In this document: in pieces, positions 25,000 to 38,318 of the stretch
Position numbering within the stretch: the stretch's first letter is position 1
Layout: each line of letters opens with the position of its first letter
Assembly (NCBI GenBank): GCA_001179505.1
Contig: CDMY01000488.1
Coordinates: 186,001 to 250,000, forward strand
Length of the DNA stretch: 64,000 bases
Origin: Vitrella brassicaformis CCMP3155
Lineage: Eukaryota > Protista > Chromerida
Reading direction: 5' to 3'
Made by a program: the position numbers and the translations under genes
The notes under the pieces: generated by a model
Told to the model about the DNA's origin: nothing
Databases searched by the model: none
The model's input: only the letters and a program-made list of their open reading frames with translations

Positions 25000-27022
25000 C
25001 GTTCAATAAGCCACCCTGTCTGTTACGCAGCGCACACGTCGCTGCCAGTCAAACCATGGATCGATCGCGGCCGGCCACTCACACATGTACATGAAAGAGG
25101 CATACATATGTACGGAGGCACTGACGTGTTGCGCATTCGATGAGACATCAATCAATCAGCACCGCAACAGTCAGACAGACGCAGACACAACACACACAGA
25201 CGGGCAAAGACGACAGACACATCAGCAGAAGCTCATGAATGTGTGTATGTACTCACATATCAGAGCCTCGCCGTCCACCTGACGCATACCGACAGTCATA
25301 TGGTGAAGTGCGCTCTCTCTCTCTCTCTCTTTGTGTGTCTGTGTATGTGGGGTGGGGGTGTGTGTCGCTTCGTTAGTGTGCGCACCTTGTGGTGCCCCTC
25401 TCGATTTATTGCAGCTACTATCTGCCGAACACCCTGGCTGCAATGATGGGTATGTAGTTCGGAAGTCACTGGAAAGCGGTCAACAGTCGTGATGGATGGA
25501 TGGGTACGAGCTGATGGACATGGCAACACACATGAGCTTTCATTTGAGTAATTTGGTCTATCGACACGACCGAGTGGTGACTGATCGAGACATCCACTCA
25601 CCCACCCACCCGCACACACACCAGATCTGCGTCGTACAATGAATCGATATCCGTCTCATTTCGGTATGCGTCAAGACGGAAAGGCGCTCCACCGAATCAT
25701 CCAGACATGTACGTACTCACTCGGACAAACCGCACACACACACACACACACACAGAGGGAAGACACACACAGAGACGGCACTAGATGCAGGCCACACAGC
25801 ATGACAAGGAGAGAAGCAAGACAGCCAGGCAGACAGCCAGGCAGACAGACAGGAGACGGGCAGAGATCGAGGGAGGTGACGTGCGGTGAGCACTGGACTT
25901 GTAGGCCACTAGAAAGACTTATAGGTTAGCCGAGGTCGCATCGTCGCATCGACGCTCACGCAGGGAGGCAGGGAGACAGGCAGGCAGGCAGACAGGCAGG
26001 CAGCTTATTCTCCTCCTTCCTACACACCGTACACACAATCACCGCTACCACACGTACTGTCGATCCCCCTTTAGAAAACGATGTCCCTTTAGAAAACGTT
26101 AATTCGATGAGGCCTCTCCCCTCTTCTCTCTCTTCTCCCTCATTTTTATCGCCGTCTTACCTTCGTTCGTTCATGCGCCGGCCGAAGTGGATTTGTGCAT
26201 CTTCTAACCGATGTACAAACGAACATGCAAAAACACCGACCGACCGACCGACTGACACAATCCGCCACTTCCACGTATCACACGGAGGCACGCACATGCA
26301 CCAGCGCTGGTTGGTGGACCGGTGGAGCGTCAAAAAACATGCAGGAAGTGGTTTGGTACGTACGAAGGCACATGCACATGGTTGTCTGTCTGTCTGTATG
26401 TATGCACTTGCTTGCGAGAGCCTCGTTGGTGCTGTCGAGTAAGTAAGAAGATCGAGGAAGCTGGCTACCACCACCGCCGCGACCATCACCAACGTCAACA
26501 CAAGCGCTGCACAGAGCCAGCCGCAAGACTGAGAGAGAATACAAATGGCCGACCTGGTTGGTTGGGCGCGTGCATCAAGTCAGCAGGTGGAAGTTAGTGG
26601 GTAGCTGTACTTGTACGTACGTACTTGGGCGCACACTGTGTATATCGATCAGTGGTGGCTATGTTACTCCATACGCAAGGTATGTGTATATATGTATATG
26701 CATAAGTGTATGTGTATAAGTATGTCTGTACGATTATCAGAGTGAATTCACAGAGCCTGGAAGGCACCATGGTGAGACATACACGAGACAAGAGGGAGAA
26801 AGGCCGCTCATATGTATATTCGACACACACACCCGCTGCACAACCACAATCCTCTCACCCTCACTTAGCTTATCAAACTACAGCCAGCAGAGAGAAGGTA
26901 TACATGCCATGCATTGATTTATGCGCACTAAACGACGAAGGCATTCTCGGCACTGGTCAGCGGGCGTGTATGTCCCCATGTAAACGCCCATCCCATCCGT
27001 CCCACACTCACTCAGGCAGACA

Positions 27023-27060
<38 letters not shown>

Positions 27061-28200
27061 CACAGACAGGCGAGCAGGCAGGCAGGCAGGCAGGCAGGCA
27101 GACCGAAAAAAGGGAGACACAAATACTCATACGCAGCAGCAAGGAGGGCCGGCACAGGCCAGGAGAGGACACGCAGACAGGTAGCAGGTGGCGGACATCG
27201 GTCGCTGGTCGTAAGGCTTCCCACATACATCCATACACGAAACGAACACTACCTAAATGTCGAGTGACCGGTGCATGTAGTACACACATTGCGTGTGGTA
27301 TATCTATGTGTGCGTGTGTGTACATGTACATGTACGCATCGATCGTGCGTCGTGGACGTGTATGTGTATGTGTATGTGTATGTGTATGTGTGGGACAGCG
27401 CAAAAGATGAAAGAGGTACGTACGGAGGCAGGAGGAAGCAAGCAAGCAAGCAAGCAGGTAGGCAACACGAGAGAGAGCGACGCCAAGCCATCGGTCGATT
27501 GATCGACACACACCACACACCAACCCAAATGCACCCGCACTCATATTCACCCATTCCTCCGTTTAGTCGTCACCCCGTCAGACGACCAGCAGCCAACAAA
27601 GACGTGCAAGCCAAACGAAAAAAGCGAATTGCAGCCACCCATCTAGGCAGCCATTGCGCACCCATATCAATTACATATCGTCACTCAGTCATTACCCATC
27701 CGGCTGTCTCACGGTCGGCCGTCGGCCTCAGCGCGCGCTGGCTCTTGCTGTGTGTGTGCTTGTGTGCATCGAAAAGACCCCACCCGGCAGAATATAATAC
27801 TAAGAAAACCCACCGACTCCCCCAGCATACTATCCTGCACCACACCCACAGACACGCTCAAGACCGACCGACCGACCGATCAACAGACCCATCCGCATAC
27901 ACTCAGACTCACAGCACCCATCAATACGAAGAAACACCGACAATAAGGGGAACGGAAACGCGCAGCATCGAGTGTGTTTGGTTGTGTTGTATATGTGTGT
28001 GTCACCAATGGTGGATGGTGGACGGCTGAAACGGGCTGGGCGACGGAATGGAAAACAAAACAGCACAGCACACCCATCCTGCCCTCTTCGTATCAACACA
28101 TGGCATGGCATGGCGTGATGTGATGTGTGTACTGTTACGAAAGGAAAAAACGAGACCCACCCACCCACCAAACAGACAACCAGGCAGAGCGAGCGGAGTC
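25000..28200. repeat. Microsatellite-rich non-coding tract: (CA)n, (GA)n, (GACA)n, (GGCA)n, (GTGTAT)n, (GCAA)n
   Basis: Visible simple repeats. The ORFs here are low-complexity translations. Confidence 0.85.
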
Positions 28201-28222
28201 ATCCCATCGATCCATGCAGGCG

Positions 28223-29860
28223 TCAAGTGCGGGGGCGTGCGACAGGTCGCCCCGGGTTTATGTGGATCTGCCCGTTCCTCAGTTGCCGGATGCCCCACTC
28301 CAGCTCGGTGTCGACGCACATGCAGTCCCGCTGGCACGTCAGCATCTGCATGATGCACGACACGCACTGCTTCCCACCCTCACCCTGCCCACGCAGCGGC
28401 GACCGGATGGTACTCCGGCCGGTCTCGTCCTCCATCGCCACGGTGGTCGACACCGTGGGCGTCCGCTCGTTGCCCAGCAGGTACTCCACACCCGCCGTCA
28501 CACGGGCCGGTGTGCCCGCGTCGGGTGCCATGGGGATGGGCATTGGGAGGTTGGCCACGAAGATGGGTAGCTGGTTGTTGCACCAGTCGGCCAGCCACTT
28601 GGCGTCCTCGGGCGTCATTCTCTGGTACGTTCGCAGCACCCTGGTCGGCGACTCACTGACCCGTGGCGGGACGGCCACGGGCAATGCCTCGGTGCGGTGG
28701 GAGGTGGGAGTGGTGTTGTTGCTGCGCGAAGACTCGCTCTTAGGGAGGCGGACTGGACACACACAGGGGCACAGACCCACAGACACACGTGCAATTATCG
28801 CGTTCATGTGTGTGTGGCATCCCCTTCGCCTTCCTAGATGGTTGTCTCACTCTTCTCAGGCTGCACTGCAGCGCTTCTGACGGGCGAGACGGGGGGCTTC
28901 TTCGCCTTGACCGCAACCACGGCATGGCTCGACACCACCTGGGGTGTCTGGCCGCAGTCGAAGTCGGCGTTCTTGGGTGTCGGCTCAGGCTCGCCGTCGA
29001 GTTCGACGTTGTCGGTGGCAATGGGCGAGACAGAAGGGGTGTAGTCCTGACACACACAAACACACACGCAATACCACACATACAGGTGACAAATAGTGCA
29101 TCCATCCCTCCTCGATGGAGCTTACCAGAGGCAGGTCCCTCTGAGCGTTGATGGTGGATGATTTTGACTCGACTGACGAGTGGCACGACGCGGGGCTGTC
29201 GTCATCGCCCTGCTGCACTGGAGGGTTCACCTGCTCACGCACCACCACTTGGACGGCAGGCGGGGTGAGAGGCTGCGCTGCTGCTGCTGCTGCTGCTGCT
29301 CGTGCTTGTGCGGGCCTCCTGCGGTGTCGTGTGGGGGGCAGCGAGGAGATGCAGGGGTGCCGGGTGAGCGTCACGAGGCGGCGTGCCCATCGGAGCCGAC
29401 CGCCAGACTGACTGGCGGACCTGTCGACGAGGCGGTCCTTGTCGCTGCTGGTACCGTCCCGCCCACGCTCCTTGCTGCCTCGTCGGCGTCTCAGGAACAT
29501 GTTTGGAGCCTCGCGCTTCTCCAACGGCCGCGGCGGGGCTTTTTATTTCGGACGCACAGACAAGGCGACGCTTTTGTGCCGACAGACCGGCTGGCTGACG
29601 CAGGTGACAAGGGAAATACGGACAAATAGCGTCCTGTCACACAGAAACTCTGGTGTCGGGCTGCCTTCTCCCGTCCCTCTTCAGTGCGTCGCTTTGCTTC
29701 GATGTGTGTGGGATAGTGTGGGATGACGTCGTCGATATCGCCCGTCACGTCGGATGTGCCGACGACGGTGACGGCCACCGTCACGGGGGCCAGGGGCGAG
29801 GGCTCGTCGAAGGGCTCCGCGTGTGGCCCCTCGCCCACGGCACAAGCCGGACAGCGCACT
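28223..29860 (-). CDS. Hypothetical multi-exon protein with a Cys-rich C-terminus (CVSCIMQMLTCQRDCMC)
   Basis: Coding-like exons 28223-28760, 28840-29047, 29128-29330 and 29390-29530 with GT-AG flanks. The start is not resolved. Confidence 0.5.
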
Positions 29861-29959
29861 AGGCCGTCAGCAGGACAGCGGATATGGAGTCACAAGGTGG
29901 GCCGCTGTGGGGAGATTCGATTGCACTAGGGACAGGGGGAGCAGTGCGCGTATGCGTTG

Positions 29960-31067
29960 GTGCCGTGTTGGGTGCTGTTACAGGTCCGGTCGTCGACGGT
30001 GGCTGGTGGGAAGGGCAAGGCAGCATACTACACACTGGACCCTCGCAACTTCTCGCCGAGAATGAGGCGGGAGCTGCTCATCGCTGCGCGGCGGCGGGTG
30101 GTCATGTCGTATGAAGGGTGGGAGGGGCTCAAGGCGGGTACATCTCCCGCCGACCGCGACAGCAGCGGCAAAAGCGACGCCACACGGGACCGAAGTTCAT
30201 TCTCGGACGGTGAGCCCGTGGAAGCATCGAGTCCACTGTGTGTCCGTCTGTCTGTGTGTATGTGGTGCAGAGGAGGACGTTGCGGAGAAGGATGTCATGG
30301 GGTGTCACGACAACCCCTTCAGGTCTCGCTACCGCATCCGTCGGCTGCGGCTCTTCCGTGTGTCGTCACTCCTCTGCGGCCGCTCCGTGTACCACCCCGT
30401 CCACCGACTTGACGACGAGCCCATCCCGACATCTCTGCCCCCGCCACTCAAAAGACGCCCTGCGAGAGGAGACACCAAGGCCAATCGCACACCGAGGGGC
30501 CGCGCGGCCTCGTGTGAGCCGGTGGCCACGGTGGGCGTGAAGGACCTGACTTTGCCGATCCCGGTGCGGCGGACGATCAGCCACGGGGCGAGGGAGGGCG
30601 AGGCGTCATCGAGCAGCGAGGGGGTGATGGCTGTAGGTGCTGGGCGAATGGGTCACGTGGATGCTGCTGCCGCGGAGGACGGTAAGTGGTATTCTGAAAA
30701 CATGGAGGAGGAAATGATGCATCCCATCCAGTCAGTCGGCCAACGTGAGTGTCTGTCAGATGAGTGGGGCGATGACACGACCACGGACGCCTGGGTGACC
30801 GCCCGCTTCGACGAGGCCGTCAAGCGGATCCGGCGGGAGCGGCGGTCCATCCCCATGCGCATCCACGCGCCCATCCCCTCTGCGCCACTCCCCTGGGACA
30901 GGCGAGTCGGCCGCGCACCGCCACCAACACGGGCCGCCAACCGGAAGCGTGTGACCGAGGGGTTCCCGTCGATAGAGATCGACGCCGAGATGGTGGAGAG
31001 GTTCCTGGCGGCAGTTATGGACGAGATGGCGGAGAGAGAAGCGGAGAGGGCGCCGGAGGAGACCTGA
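29960..31067 (+). CDS. Hypothetical protein, two or more exons, ending ...AAVMDEMAEREAERAPEET*
   Basis: ORFs 29957-30412 and 30111-31067 are GC-rich and coding-like, with an intron near 30212-30269. The start is uncertain. Confidence 0.5.
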
Positions 31068-31069
31068 CG

Positions 31070-34000
31070 TGCCGTGTGTGTGTTTGTGTGCGGATACGCG
31101 AGTGGGCGGGTGGGTGTGGGTGCGTGGTGGATGGATGGATGGGTGGGCGGGGTAGGTAAGTGTCTTGTCATTTTTTGAGCCGAGCTGCCATTTGGTTGCG
31201 CAGTCGGGCTGCTTGCTGACTGGCTGGCTCGCCACACACTTTGACTTGACACACATGCACCTCTCTAGAGAGCTATGGACATTCATTCACCCGCTCACTC
31301 GCTCACTGGATCAGGTGACACACACACATATACCTTCTTATGCGTATGTGTATGTCGCGACCGACCAATCGATGGCGCGTGCGGTGGCTGGTGAGTGGAC
31401 TGGTGGATGAATGGGTGGGTGGCTGGCTGGCTGGTATGGTTGCAATGGCTGCTGTGTCGCTTATTTCGATTGTTCCTGGCTGATTGGGCGTGTTTGGGCG
31501 GGGCATCCTGGCTGATGGGACTGGTTCTGGGGGGTGGGGGGGCATCACATCGCATCACACCACACACATCGCGTTCATCTCATCGAAGGCAGGTCTATAA
31601 TTAGTTTCGCCTGAGCCGACCGACATACATACGTAGAAGTGTTTTCCGCCGTAACTTTTTGTAAGTGCGTCGTGCAAGAGTTAATTTTCCGTGTTTCTAA
31701 GTATATTCCCCACCTGCTGCGTCCATGCCATGGTTTTTCTTGTGTTTCGTCCACCAGGTCACTGCGGGCGGGAGAAGATCATGGGATTTGCTGATGGATT
31801 GATGAGTGGATTGATGAATGAGTGATCGTCGACAGAGACAGTGCGGCGATTTAGTGAATTCAAGCAACAGTGCGTGATTAACGGAATGAGGCAGGCATTC
31901 ATGCAGACAGACAGACAGACAGACAGACAGGTGGGCGGGCGGGTGGGCGGAAGCACACAGATTTGTCCCTTCCTTTCTCGTTACGTGTTGGTCCCCTCCC
32001 GATTTGATTTTTGTGCGTGGCTGAGTGGGGGCGGGGATGGAGGAAGGGATGGAGGGATAGTGAGCTGCGTTTGTTTTCCATACAGATAGTTTGCAGCACT
32101 GTATGGTTTTCGCGGGCGAGTGAGGCATTGATCCACACATGGAGGGGCCGACCAAAGCAAGAGAGGCGGCCGACGGACGGACAGGCAGGCAGCCAGACAG
32201 ACAGACCGGAGGGCGGGCAGCCGTGTGGCTGGACTGATCGGACGTGCCACCGCGGCCGTGCAGGCAGTATCAGGCGGCCAAAGCCGCGCCTGCCTGTTGA
32301 TGCCTTTTGACCTCATTCATCATGGCAGCTGCAGTCAGCACCGCATCCGCCCTCCCACCCTGCCAACAGACCGACCCACACGTGTGGGCGTGTGTGTAAG
32401 TGTGTATGCATGTGTGTGTGTAACTATATCATGCATACATGCATAACAATGCATACGTACGTACGAACGTATACGTACTGCTGCGTACAGTACAGACATA
32501 TTGTACATACACACATGTACACACACATACATACATACATGTACATAGTACGGTTGTGTTCACTCCCACACACACCTGTTCACTCCCACATACACCTGTT
32601 CACTCCCACCCTCCCTGTGATGTGATGTGATGTGATGTGATGGGTGTGCTCATATGATGTGTGCGCGCCCTGTCGCCCCGCCCGTCCGCCCGTCCGCCCG
32701 TCCGCCCGTCCACCTGTCTTGTCTCCCACTTTTTGCGTCTTCCCTCTTGCATCGGCTCCTTCTGTGTCTCGCTGCCTGGTTGCCTTCTGTGTGTGCTAGT
32801 TGCGAGCCCTTAGCGCTTCATTGTGTGTGTTGCTGCTGCCTGTGTTGGGCGGGTATTACAACCCTGGACGTGTGGCCGTGGCTGTCTGCCTATGCGGCTG
32901 CCTGCGTACCTGCGTGGCTGCGCACAAACCAAGCCTGCACAAACCAGCGTGCGGCGGTGCGCATACATGATATGGTGCCATGATGAGTCGGTCATCCAGA
33001 CGGTTTTGCTCTCACCCGTCCGTCCGTCCGTCCTGTCTGTCTGTCTGGCTGTCTGTCTCGTGTCTCTTTTCCATTCTTTCTCCACTCATTCTGCCGACCT
33101 GGCCTGGGCTGACCTTGCGCACACAACACACCAAAAGATGACATAAATGTTCCACGATCAGCAGCACACCTACACATACATACCCACCTCCGTACCTGCA
33201 CGTCGATCTGTGTGCACACTGCTGCTGTTGGTGGTGGTTTACCTTGTTGTATGTGTTTCGCAAGTCAGCAGAACGCCACCCATGGCCGGCCGGCGAACGT
33301 TTCTAATGTTTTTGTAGGTCGGTTTGTTCTCTGTGTCTCTGTGTCTGTGTCTCTGTTCCGTGTCTTTGTGTGTCTGTGTCTGTGCCTAGCAATGAGATGA
33401 ACAGCTGCATGGGTGGGTGCGGATGGAAACCAGCCAATCGGACTCGTAATACTAGAGAGATGGTAGGGGATGTCGATACTGCAGTCGGCACATAAATTTG
33501 CCGGCATTTTATAGCTAGACATGTGTCTGTCTGTTCGTCTGTTTGTGCGTGCACTAGAACTGTCAACCAGTGACTCAGTGATTGCGTGTTCGAGAGTGTG
33601 TGTGTGCGTGTGTCAGAGTGAGAGAGGCACACAGCACAAAAACGTTCGGGAGAGACTATGAGCGAGGAGCTTGTGGTTGCTTGCATTGAGTGCGTGTGTC
33701 TGCGTGGCTGAGACGCACCTAGTGAGCTCCCAATTACCCTGTGCATGCAGGCCGTGGACGTAACAAACTAAACTGCTGAGACACCGATTGCAAAGATGTG
33801 TTTCGACCATCCATCCACGACCACACGTGGTGCAGCAAGCGAAAGTCGACGCAACGGTCTGGTGCTAGAGCGGACAGGTGCGTAAGACAAGCACATCAAT
33901 CATACATATACCTACACCATCGACACAAAAGCACAGAACCACCATGTATACAAAAGCACCATCAATGAATGAATGCATGTACATGTACATGTACGGGTCT

Positions 34001-34110
34001 GCAGCTGCGTACACACGCATATATATGCCGCTACTAGCTATGGATAAATATAGACAAACGCACAATATTGTACACAGACACAGATAGACAGACAGGACAC
34101 AAACAGACTC
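31070..34110. repeat. Microsatellite-rich non-coding tract between convergent genes
   Basis: (GATG)n, (GACA)n, (CA)n, (GTGAT)n and (CCGT)n arrays. Confidence 0.85.
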
Positions 34111-34122
34111 AAACGCCAAGAG

Positions 34123-35119
34123 CTACGAGAACAGAGCCGCTGTGTACCCAACCGCGAAGCCAACCAGCTCCACCAAAAAGAGCACCCCATTGCCGGCCGT
34201 CGCCTCGCCCCACACCATATTAAAGGCAGACACGAGCGGTGCCTCCTCACTAGACCTGCTATTCCACTGCAGGATCGGCACGGCGAGCTGAGTGTACTGT
34301 GCACCAGCAGAAGCCAAACCAAGCGCCACGAGGACAACCAGGATCACGAGGTGCACGCCCATACCACTAAAACCGGCTTCTTGAGGCATAGGGGCCCAGA
34401 CCGCAAAGTGAATGTACGCTGTCGCCAAAATGGCACAGAAAGCGTGTGCCGCAAAGAGCCGCCCTCTCCAGTTCAGAGGGAGCGAAGTCACAGGTCGTCC
34501 AGACAGCGCCACACGCACGGCCTTGGTCACTCGCATCGCGAAGAAGTGTGCGGCCGCCACGAAAAGGGAGGCGAAGAGAAAAGTCCAGTAGTAGGGGTCG
34601 AAGAGAGCGCGATCCCGAGCCGGGGGGAAAACGAAGAGCAGGGGAGTCGTAAACCACAGGTGGTGCCCGACGATCAGCATGTAGAAGTTCATCGAGTAAA
34701 ACTGAACCATCCACACAACCAGACAACGGAACAAAGAGAGGAAGCCAGACAACGGAACAAAGAGAGGAAGGAACACCAAATGAGTGGAATGAACGCATTG
34801 CCACACTCCTTCACCTCACCCTCTTCATCTTCAACTGTTCCCCGTCTGCCGTTCGAGCCGCACGACTCACGGCACCACCACTTCTTGCCGCCACAGCCGC
34901 GAGGCGCAGATCTGGCCTCTGGGAGGCAGACGCCACAGTGGAGGCACCAGGCGAGGCATCGAACGGCCGAGATGAGATTGACGACATGGGAGAGGTGCCG
35001 CCCTGCTCCAGATCTGCCGAAGCGGCAACGGGATCAGCCGGATCAGGAGGGAGATCAATCACCGGGATCGAGGGAGAACCAACCATGGGAACTGGCGGAG
35101 CGACCACACGGGGAGCCAT
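34123..35119 (-). CDS. Two-exon polytopic membrane protein (about 6 TM helices after a disordered N-terminus); possible Ndc1-like nucleoporin TM domain
   Basis: ATG at 35119 (MAPRVVAPP...). Exon 2 lies in ORF 34123-34806 with several hydrophobic stretches. The Ndc1 resemblance is by eye only. Confidence 0.6.
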
Positions 35120-35246
35120 GGTCCTCAGCGAGAAAGGGGGAAAAGGAAGAAAGGGGTGAACGCGCGCCTTCTCTAAGCTCGCAAATGATCGCGAGCGCAA
35201 AAAGAAGGCAGAAGAAGAGTCATAGCAGTGTATAGCATCCTCCATC

Positions 35247-36315
35247 ATGCCGAAGGTGGTCTCCTTCAGAAACAAGTGCGAACGGACAGAATCAGATTTC
35301 CCTTTCATTCGCGTCTTCATCTGTCTGTGTGCTTGGCTGGCATACGCAGGGTGTTCACGAATGCGAATCGCAACCTGCGTGACGACAAGTTCCACGTATT
35401 CCACTGTAAGCCATGGCAAGCCTTCACACAGCCGGAACACAACACACGCAGTGATCTGTGTGGTGTGGATGTCTGTGTGTGTCCGCTTCGTCCGTTCAGG
35501 CAAGAAGTGCAACAATCACGTGCTCATCACAGGTACTCGACAAGCACCTGACGGATGCGTGCGATGGCGGGGTGACAAATGTCGCATGTGGTGGTCGCCT
35601 TCACGATGTGTATGCAGACATGGAGCTGACAGACATCCCTCGTCGGCGGACGGACAACGCCATAGTCTTCGACACCGAGGCGAGCGTCGTCAAGCTCAAC
35701 ACCAACGCAAAAGACGAGCCGGTCGTCATCAAAAGGTACCCCTTGAACCACCGACAGACTCCAAAACAACCCACAGCCATTCGCAGATCTGTGCTCTGTT
35801 GTCTTGGTGTGGGCCACCATGGCGTCTGTCTTTGGTTTGCAGGGAGAAGGGCGTCGAGCGTCAGTGGCACCACTTTTGCCCCGAGTGCGGTCAGCTGGTG
35901 GCCTACCAGAGCTGCCAGCTCAACGACAACCCCAGATACTTCTACCTTGTGGACAATAACATCGTGTGGCCGAGGTTCAGAAAGGTACGCACAGTACGCT
36001 CACACATACGGCCGACCAAAGCACGGCCCGCACGAGTCATTCTATTCTGTGTGTGTCGTTCCTTCCTCTCAGAGGACTCCGTGGGTGTGCAAGGTGTGCG
36101 GGTACGTCAAACGGATCGGTGACACTACGCAGCGCAGCCATTGACTCATTGCTCGCTGTGACGTGACTTGTGTGTGTCTGTCGCCTCCCTCTCTCGCCAG
36201 GTATGTGTGTCGTGACTCGACCCACCTTGAGCAGCACAAGAAGAGCCGGGGCCACGAGAACCAGGAGGAGGGCAGGCAGGACGACCCGGACGCGCCTATC
36301 GCTCCAAGTAAGTAA
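35247..36315 (+). CDS. STEEP1: STEEP1 / CXorf56 (UPF0428) homolog with a C-terminal C2H2 zinc finger
   Basis: Spliced product MPKVVSFRNK-VFTNANRNLRDDKFHVFHC-KKCNNHVLIT-DMELTDIPRRRTDNAIVFD...VIKR-EKGVERQWHHFCPECGQLVAYQS...YFYLVDNNIVWPRFRK-TPWVCKVCG-YVCRDSTHLEQHKKSRGH...APSK* matches the known family pattern (MPKVVS...YC.CG...LP.R..D...G.ERQYR..C..CG..LFY). Confidence 0.85.
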
Positions 36316-37263
36316 CCGACACTGCCGACAGCTGTCTGTGTGTGTCATGCCCCTGACTCTCCCTCCCTCCCTCCCTCCCTCCCTCCCGCGCTGCTGTTTC
36401 TCTGTGTGTGTGTGTTGCGCGCAGTTATTGTTGGCTGAGGGCAGACGTTGCTGCAGCGAGCGAGGTGGTGTGTTGGTGTTGGGCTAGGGGAATGGGTACG
36501 CTCTAAAGTGGTGTAAAGATCTCTCTCTCTCTCTCTCTCTCTCAAGATCTCTCTCTCTCTCTCCTGTGGCTGGGCTGACACAGCGCTCTTTCTCGTGCCT
36601 TGTCGTGTACAGAACAGACAGACAGCCCTTTGCCTTTTCATTTCGCGCCCGTGTGTGTGTGAACCTGCATCCCCATGTCAGTCACTGTAGAGCTGTCCTT
36701 GGGTGTGTGTGTGTGTGCATGTCACGTTCTGACTCGACCATCCATCTCTACGACGCTTTTATACAAACCTGTGGTCGATAAATGTGAAGACTCACTGTGG
36801 ACACGCACACTACAAACTGAGCGGTCGAGTTGATCCGCCTCGTTTTTAGCTGGTGCGGCGATAGCGCCCTGACGAGAACAATCGATTGAATGCAGGGATG
36901 GTGGGGCCATAGCAGCTCGCTGGAACCAATGACTGACACAGACAAGCAAGGAGACACAGATGCACAGTGTCACTGGGTGCATGTGAAGCGTCTTTGGCTG
37001 CCTTACAACGTCAGGTCATCAGCTTGATTCCATGCTTCAACCGAGTTCAGAAGTGAGCCTTTGTAACGTAACCTTCATTTCTCTGCAATGAGACACACAA
37101 TCAAGAATCCGTCGGGTAGGAATGACTGACTTGCGGTGCAGAACACGCTCACAGAAAAGGCATGCTGATTCTGCAGACATAACAGTGATCGTACTACGGT
37201 ATTGTAGGGGCTTTTCCAGAAAAACACGAATAACTCATCACGGTTGGGAGACATAGTGCTTTC

Positions 37264-37440
37264 TTTTGGTGAGTGTGATGCCCGCAGGTGGCCCCAGCAC
37301 ATAACGCTGCTGCGGGGCAACCACGAGACCAGGCAGATCACACAGGTGCCGGGAGAACAGAACCAGTGGGGGAGAGGCAGGCCTGGCCAGGCAGCGCAAC
37401 ACAACACACCAACCAATATCTGCTTGTGTCTGTCTGTCTG
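37264..37440 (+). pseudogene. Orphan copy of one PP6 exon ([19 protein letters not shown]) with both splice sites and intron flanks
   Basis: The 58-nt exon is identical to the reverse complement of 49678-49735 in the PP6 gene. The intron flank is alignable but diverged. Confidence 0.9.
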
Positions 37441-37515
37441 TTGTGTATTTGAAGCCTCTGTAGCCCTTCGCCCTTCGGGTTTTTCTGACCACCGACCACC
37501 GACCACCACACAGGA

Positions 37516-38318
37516 ATGATGATGCGCTGTGCCGTCGTCTTCGCTCTCGTCGCCGTGGCGATTGCCGAGCCGGGATACGACTACAGCTGCCCGAAGGGCT
37601 ACACCCTCCAGGGGAAGGGCAAGGAGGCGACCTGCTATCGTCAGACCAAGACCCATGCCATGGTGAGAGCTCTCAGTCGGGCAGATCAGTCGGGAGGGCG
37701 CCAGGGGGAGGGAGGAGCGAGGCACATGCACGGCTGGCGGGGTCGGAGAGAGGCTGGGGTGGCTACATGCGCACAGATCTGCTGTGTGTGGGGGTCGCCA
37801 TCTCTCTCTCTCTCTCTGTGTGTGTGTCTCTGTATAGTCCAAGTGCCCGAAGGGATACGAGCCGTCTGGCAAGGGCAAGGAGATCACCTGGTCAGCCACA
37901 CACACGCACACACCACAGCGACACGGCCGACGTCATTCGTGTCTCCGCCTCTCTCTCTGTGTGTGCAGCACTGCCTACGACAGCAAGCCCGCAGAGTACA
38001 AGTGCCCCAAGGGGTACGAGCCGGGTAAGGACGGCTGCACGCTCAAGACCACTGCCCCGATGGAGTACTACTGCCCCAGTAAGCAGACCCCCAGGCCACC
38101 AGCAGTGCAGCCATGCAGCTGATGTGTGTGGTGGGTTGGCAATGACTGGCAGAGGGTTATGAGAGCGGCGACGGCAAGGAGTGCCACAGAATCGACACCA
38201 AACCCGCCAGCCCCTACTGTGAGAAGGGCTATGACTACCACAAGGGCGAGTGCGTGACCTACACCCACTCCACCGAGAGCGTCGCTGCTGAGCACTATTG
38301 TCCCAAGGCACGCCGCAC
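37516..38318 (+). CDS. Secreted Cys-rich CPKGY-repeat (oocyst wall protein-like) gene, copy 1; runs into an assembly gap and is probably truncated
   Basis: MMMRCAVVFALVAVAIAEPGYDYSCPKGYTLQGKGKEATC...; near-identical to the 5' parts of copies 2 and 3. Confidence 0.75.

Noticed and set aside
25000-34110. Regularly repeated units as CRISPR-like or protein-coding repeats; many 60-250 aa ORFs
   Set aside because: They are 2-6 bp microsatellites with no repeat-spacer structure, and the context is eukaryotic.
34811-35515. 234-aa minus-strand ORF as a longer N-terminus of the membrane protein
   Set aside because: Its first half is antisense to STEEP1 exons 1-3. The plausible start is ATG 35119.
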